A program made the translations under genes and the position numbers. A stretch of DNA of 64,000 bases, taken from NCBI RefSeq assembly GCF_006345805.1, contig NC_042999.1, positions 100,378,001-100,442,000 of the forward strand, given 5' to 3'. A model generated the notes under the pieces. That model saw nothing but the letters and a program-made list of their open reading frames with translations, was not told the origin of the DNA and did no database searches. The DNA is from Octopus sinensis (taxonomy: Eukaryota). Position 1 is the stretch's first letter. Each line of letters starts with the position of its first letter. Below, in pieces: positions 61,760 through 64,000 of the stretch.

Positions 61760-63400
61760 TACGGCACCCTAATAGAGGCATCGGACGTTTTGAAAATTTT
61801 CCAGCCCATGAAATCGTAGTTTTTCCAGAAAAAAAAGATCGCGCTAAACCTTTCTATAATATTGGTGGACGAAATAAAACAAGATAATAAGAAGGTTAAA
61901 ACGAGCACTGTATAGAGAGTAAAAGATGCATTTTCTATTACGAAACCGAGCATTCTTGAGACTAGAATTGAAAGGGATAACAAATAATAACAACAAACAA
62001 AATAGCACCAACACTACCGCAAATAACAACAACAACACGAAGGAAAAGAAAGAGAACAAAGACAACAACAGAGGCAACAATAACAAGAAAGAAAAATTTT
62101 CGAGGTTGGTAGTACAGACGGAGAAAAGTACATTATTCCTAAGCGTGTGGTGAAAATTAAAATTTCGGAAATGCTGCCAAAATTTGATATCTAGTAGGTA
62201 ATAGCAGGCGTCATTTTAGAGAGGGCGGATCCTCTGCTAAAAATTTTAGAAGCAATGGCAGAAAAACTGGTCTGGAATTGAGTTGGAACTTATCCAAGTC
62301 AAACTAGAAAATCCGGACAACATTTCGTATTATTTAGAACAACCATCTAGATAAAAACTAAATATTTCAGTGGAAGGGAGAACGACGTGCCACTCATGCG
62401 ACTGTGAAAACCACTTGAAGGTCTTCTACCCACAACAACAAAGAGGAATGAAAACAAGCAACTCCATAACCAAAACAATATCAACAGCTACTACAATAAA
62501 GTCTGCAACAGTAAAAGCCATCACAGCGGCACCGGCAGCTACTAAAACAAAATAAACAACAAAAGCAGCAAAAACCGGTTCAACAACTCTTGTAGAATCA
62601 GCAGCAGTACTAGAAGCAACAAGGGCGGCATCAAAATCTACAGTAATAGCCAGCAGCAAGAACAGCAATATTCCAGAAACAATAGTAAACCCCGATATCA
62701 GACCCGCGTCAAAGGAAAACATTCCAGCGATGCCCTCATCGCTCAACAACGAAAAATACAAACACAAACATAAACATACTAAGAGAATCATCTTTGTCTC
62801 AAACATAGTAAGAGAATCATCTTTGTCTTCATCTACTAAAGACCTTCCTGGATCATGGATCTCTCCAAGCGATGAAATTGAGGTGGGAAACCAAACGAAT
62901 GAAATCTGTGAGAAAGGAAAGAGAAAGTCAGGAGAAAAATGAAACCAAGGTTATTTAATGGGGCTTTAGATGCTCTTCAAACTCACAACACACTCATACC
63001 TCCATCAAAATTTCAACAGCAACAAGAACAAAAATAACAACTTAAACGAAAATCACAAGCACCCCCACTGTGTCACAAAAGCAAAAGAAAATCAACCACA
63101 AAATCAGTGCATCAAATGCAAAACAGACAAGAAGAAAAACCACATCAACTTCACTGTTGTTCAAAAGACCAGCATTGAATTGATGTAGGCGGTAATAAGC
63201 AGCAAAAACATTGCCTCCAATAGGAAAGGCTTTGAAGAGCTCTTCTGCAAAACTCCCAAAGATAATACAAATTCTGAGTTTATTAGAAAGATGCCAAATA
63301 GAAATATATTGCAAACGCCCTTTAAGACTTCACTCATAGTCAATGACGCATCTGAATCAACTGACTTCCTCAAGAGTCAAAACGAGTTACAAGGGTGCAT
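61760..63400 (+). mobile_element. Decayed L1/Tx1-type ORF1 region
   Basis: KTGLELELIQV...NISVEGRTTCHSCDCENHLKVFYP aligns with RTGILMEFLILV...TEGEK.KCFVYGKTNHLKAFCP at ~14930-15110. INFTVVQKTSIEL aligns with INSTVAQKNTIEL at ~15500. Confidence 0.6.
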
Positions 63401-64000
63401 ATTCGGAATAAAAATTCAGTACTGAATATGCTCCGGTTACACGTTGTACAGAGACTCAATTCGAAAAAGCCCGCCTTTTACATAGATGTATAAAGGTTGA
63501 ACATTTCTATATGCTACGCTGGATACATTGAGTGTTCAACTGATAAGTTGATTTTTATTCATTCGTTATAAATATTGACTTATGCTTGCACCGACGATTA
63601 AAAACTGCATTTCTGCACTAATTATGAAATCATGTGATTTACAGCTGAATTCTGTTTTTAAAGGTCTCGCTTCGAGATTTGCATTCCGTCGTATTCGATA
63701 CTATGCGTTTATTTATTTAGGTAGTTTTGACTTTAAGAGTCCCTCCTAGCGTGTGACATTTATGTATAGTAATGCCTTCTATATAATATAAATAAATAAA
63801 TTGAAGAGAAAAATTGATGGGTTTTTTTCTCTTATGAGGTTTTTGACGCTAACTACTTGATAAATTCTTATAAAGATTTTATCCTATTTTTAAATTGTAT
63901 GTATGTATATATATATATATATATATAATATCAACAATTGCCAGTACTGGCAATTTTGAAGATGTTTGTCTGAGGTGATACATCGTTGGACGGGTATGTT

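Noticed and set aside
62426-62806. 126-aa hydrophobic minus-strand ORF resembling a membrane protein
   Set aside because: It is antisense to the low-complexity A/C-rich part of the LINE ORF1 relic.

Overview
AT-rich, microsatellite-dense animal DNA that is mostly intergenic or intronic. The SINE and LINE families look like those of octopus or other coleoid cephalopods; this is an inference from recognised repeat sequences, not a database hit. One convincing host coding exon is present: a phase-1 terminal exon encoding a complete fibrinogen-related domain (minus strand, 27853-28595). The rest is layered mobile DNA. DNA transposons include hAT/Buster, Chapaev-like, MULE and Tc1/mariner relics plus MITEs. 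Retroelements include tRNA-derived SINEs, CR1, RTE, L1/Tx1, Penelope-like elements and R4/Dong-type RLE LINEs. Most ORFs in the supplied track are microsatellite artefacts or antisense shadows of LINEs. Three observations stand out. (1) Several short non-coding elements carry minimal hammerhead ribozyme motifs, including a tandem pair with a shared A6U core variant. (2) A ~490 bp palindrome is built from two head-to-head tRNA-like heads with hammerhead-bearing arms. (3) A ~9 kb same-strand train of different R4/Dong-like LINEs sits entirely within (TTA)n tracts, and three Dong-like 3' ends in the window abut the (TTA)n tail of one SINE family.
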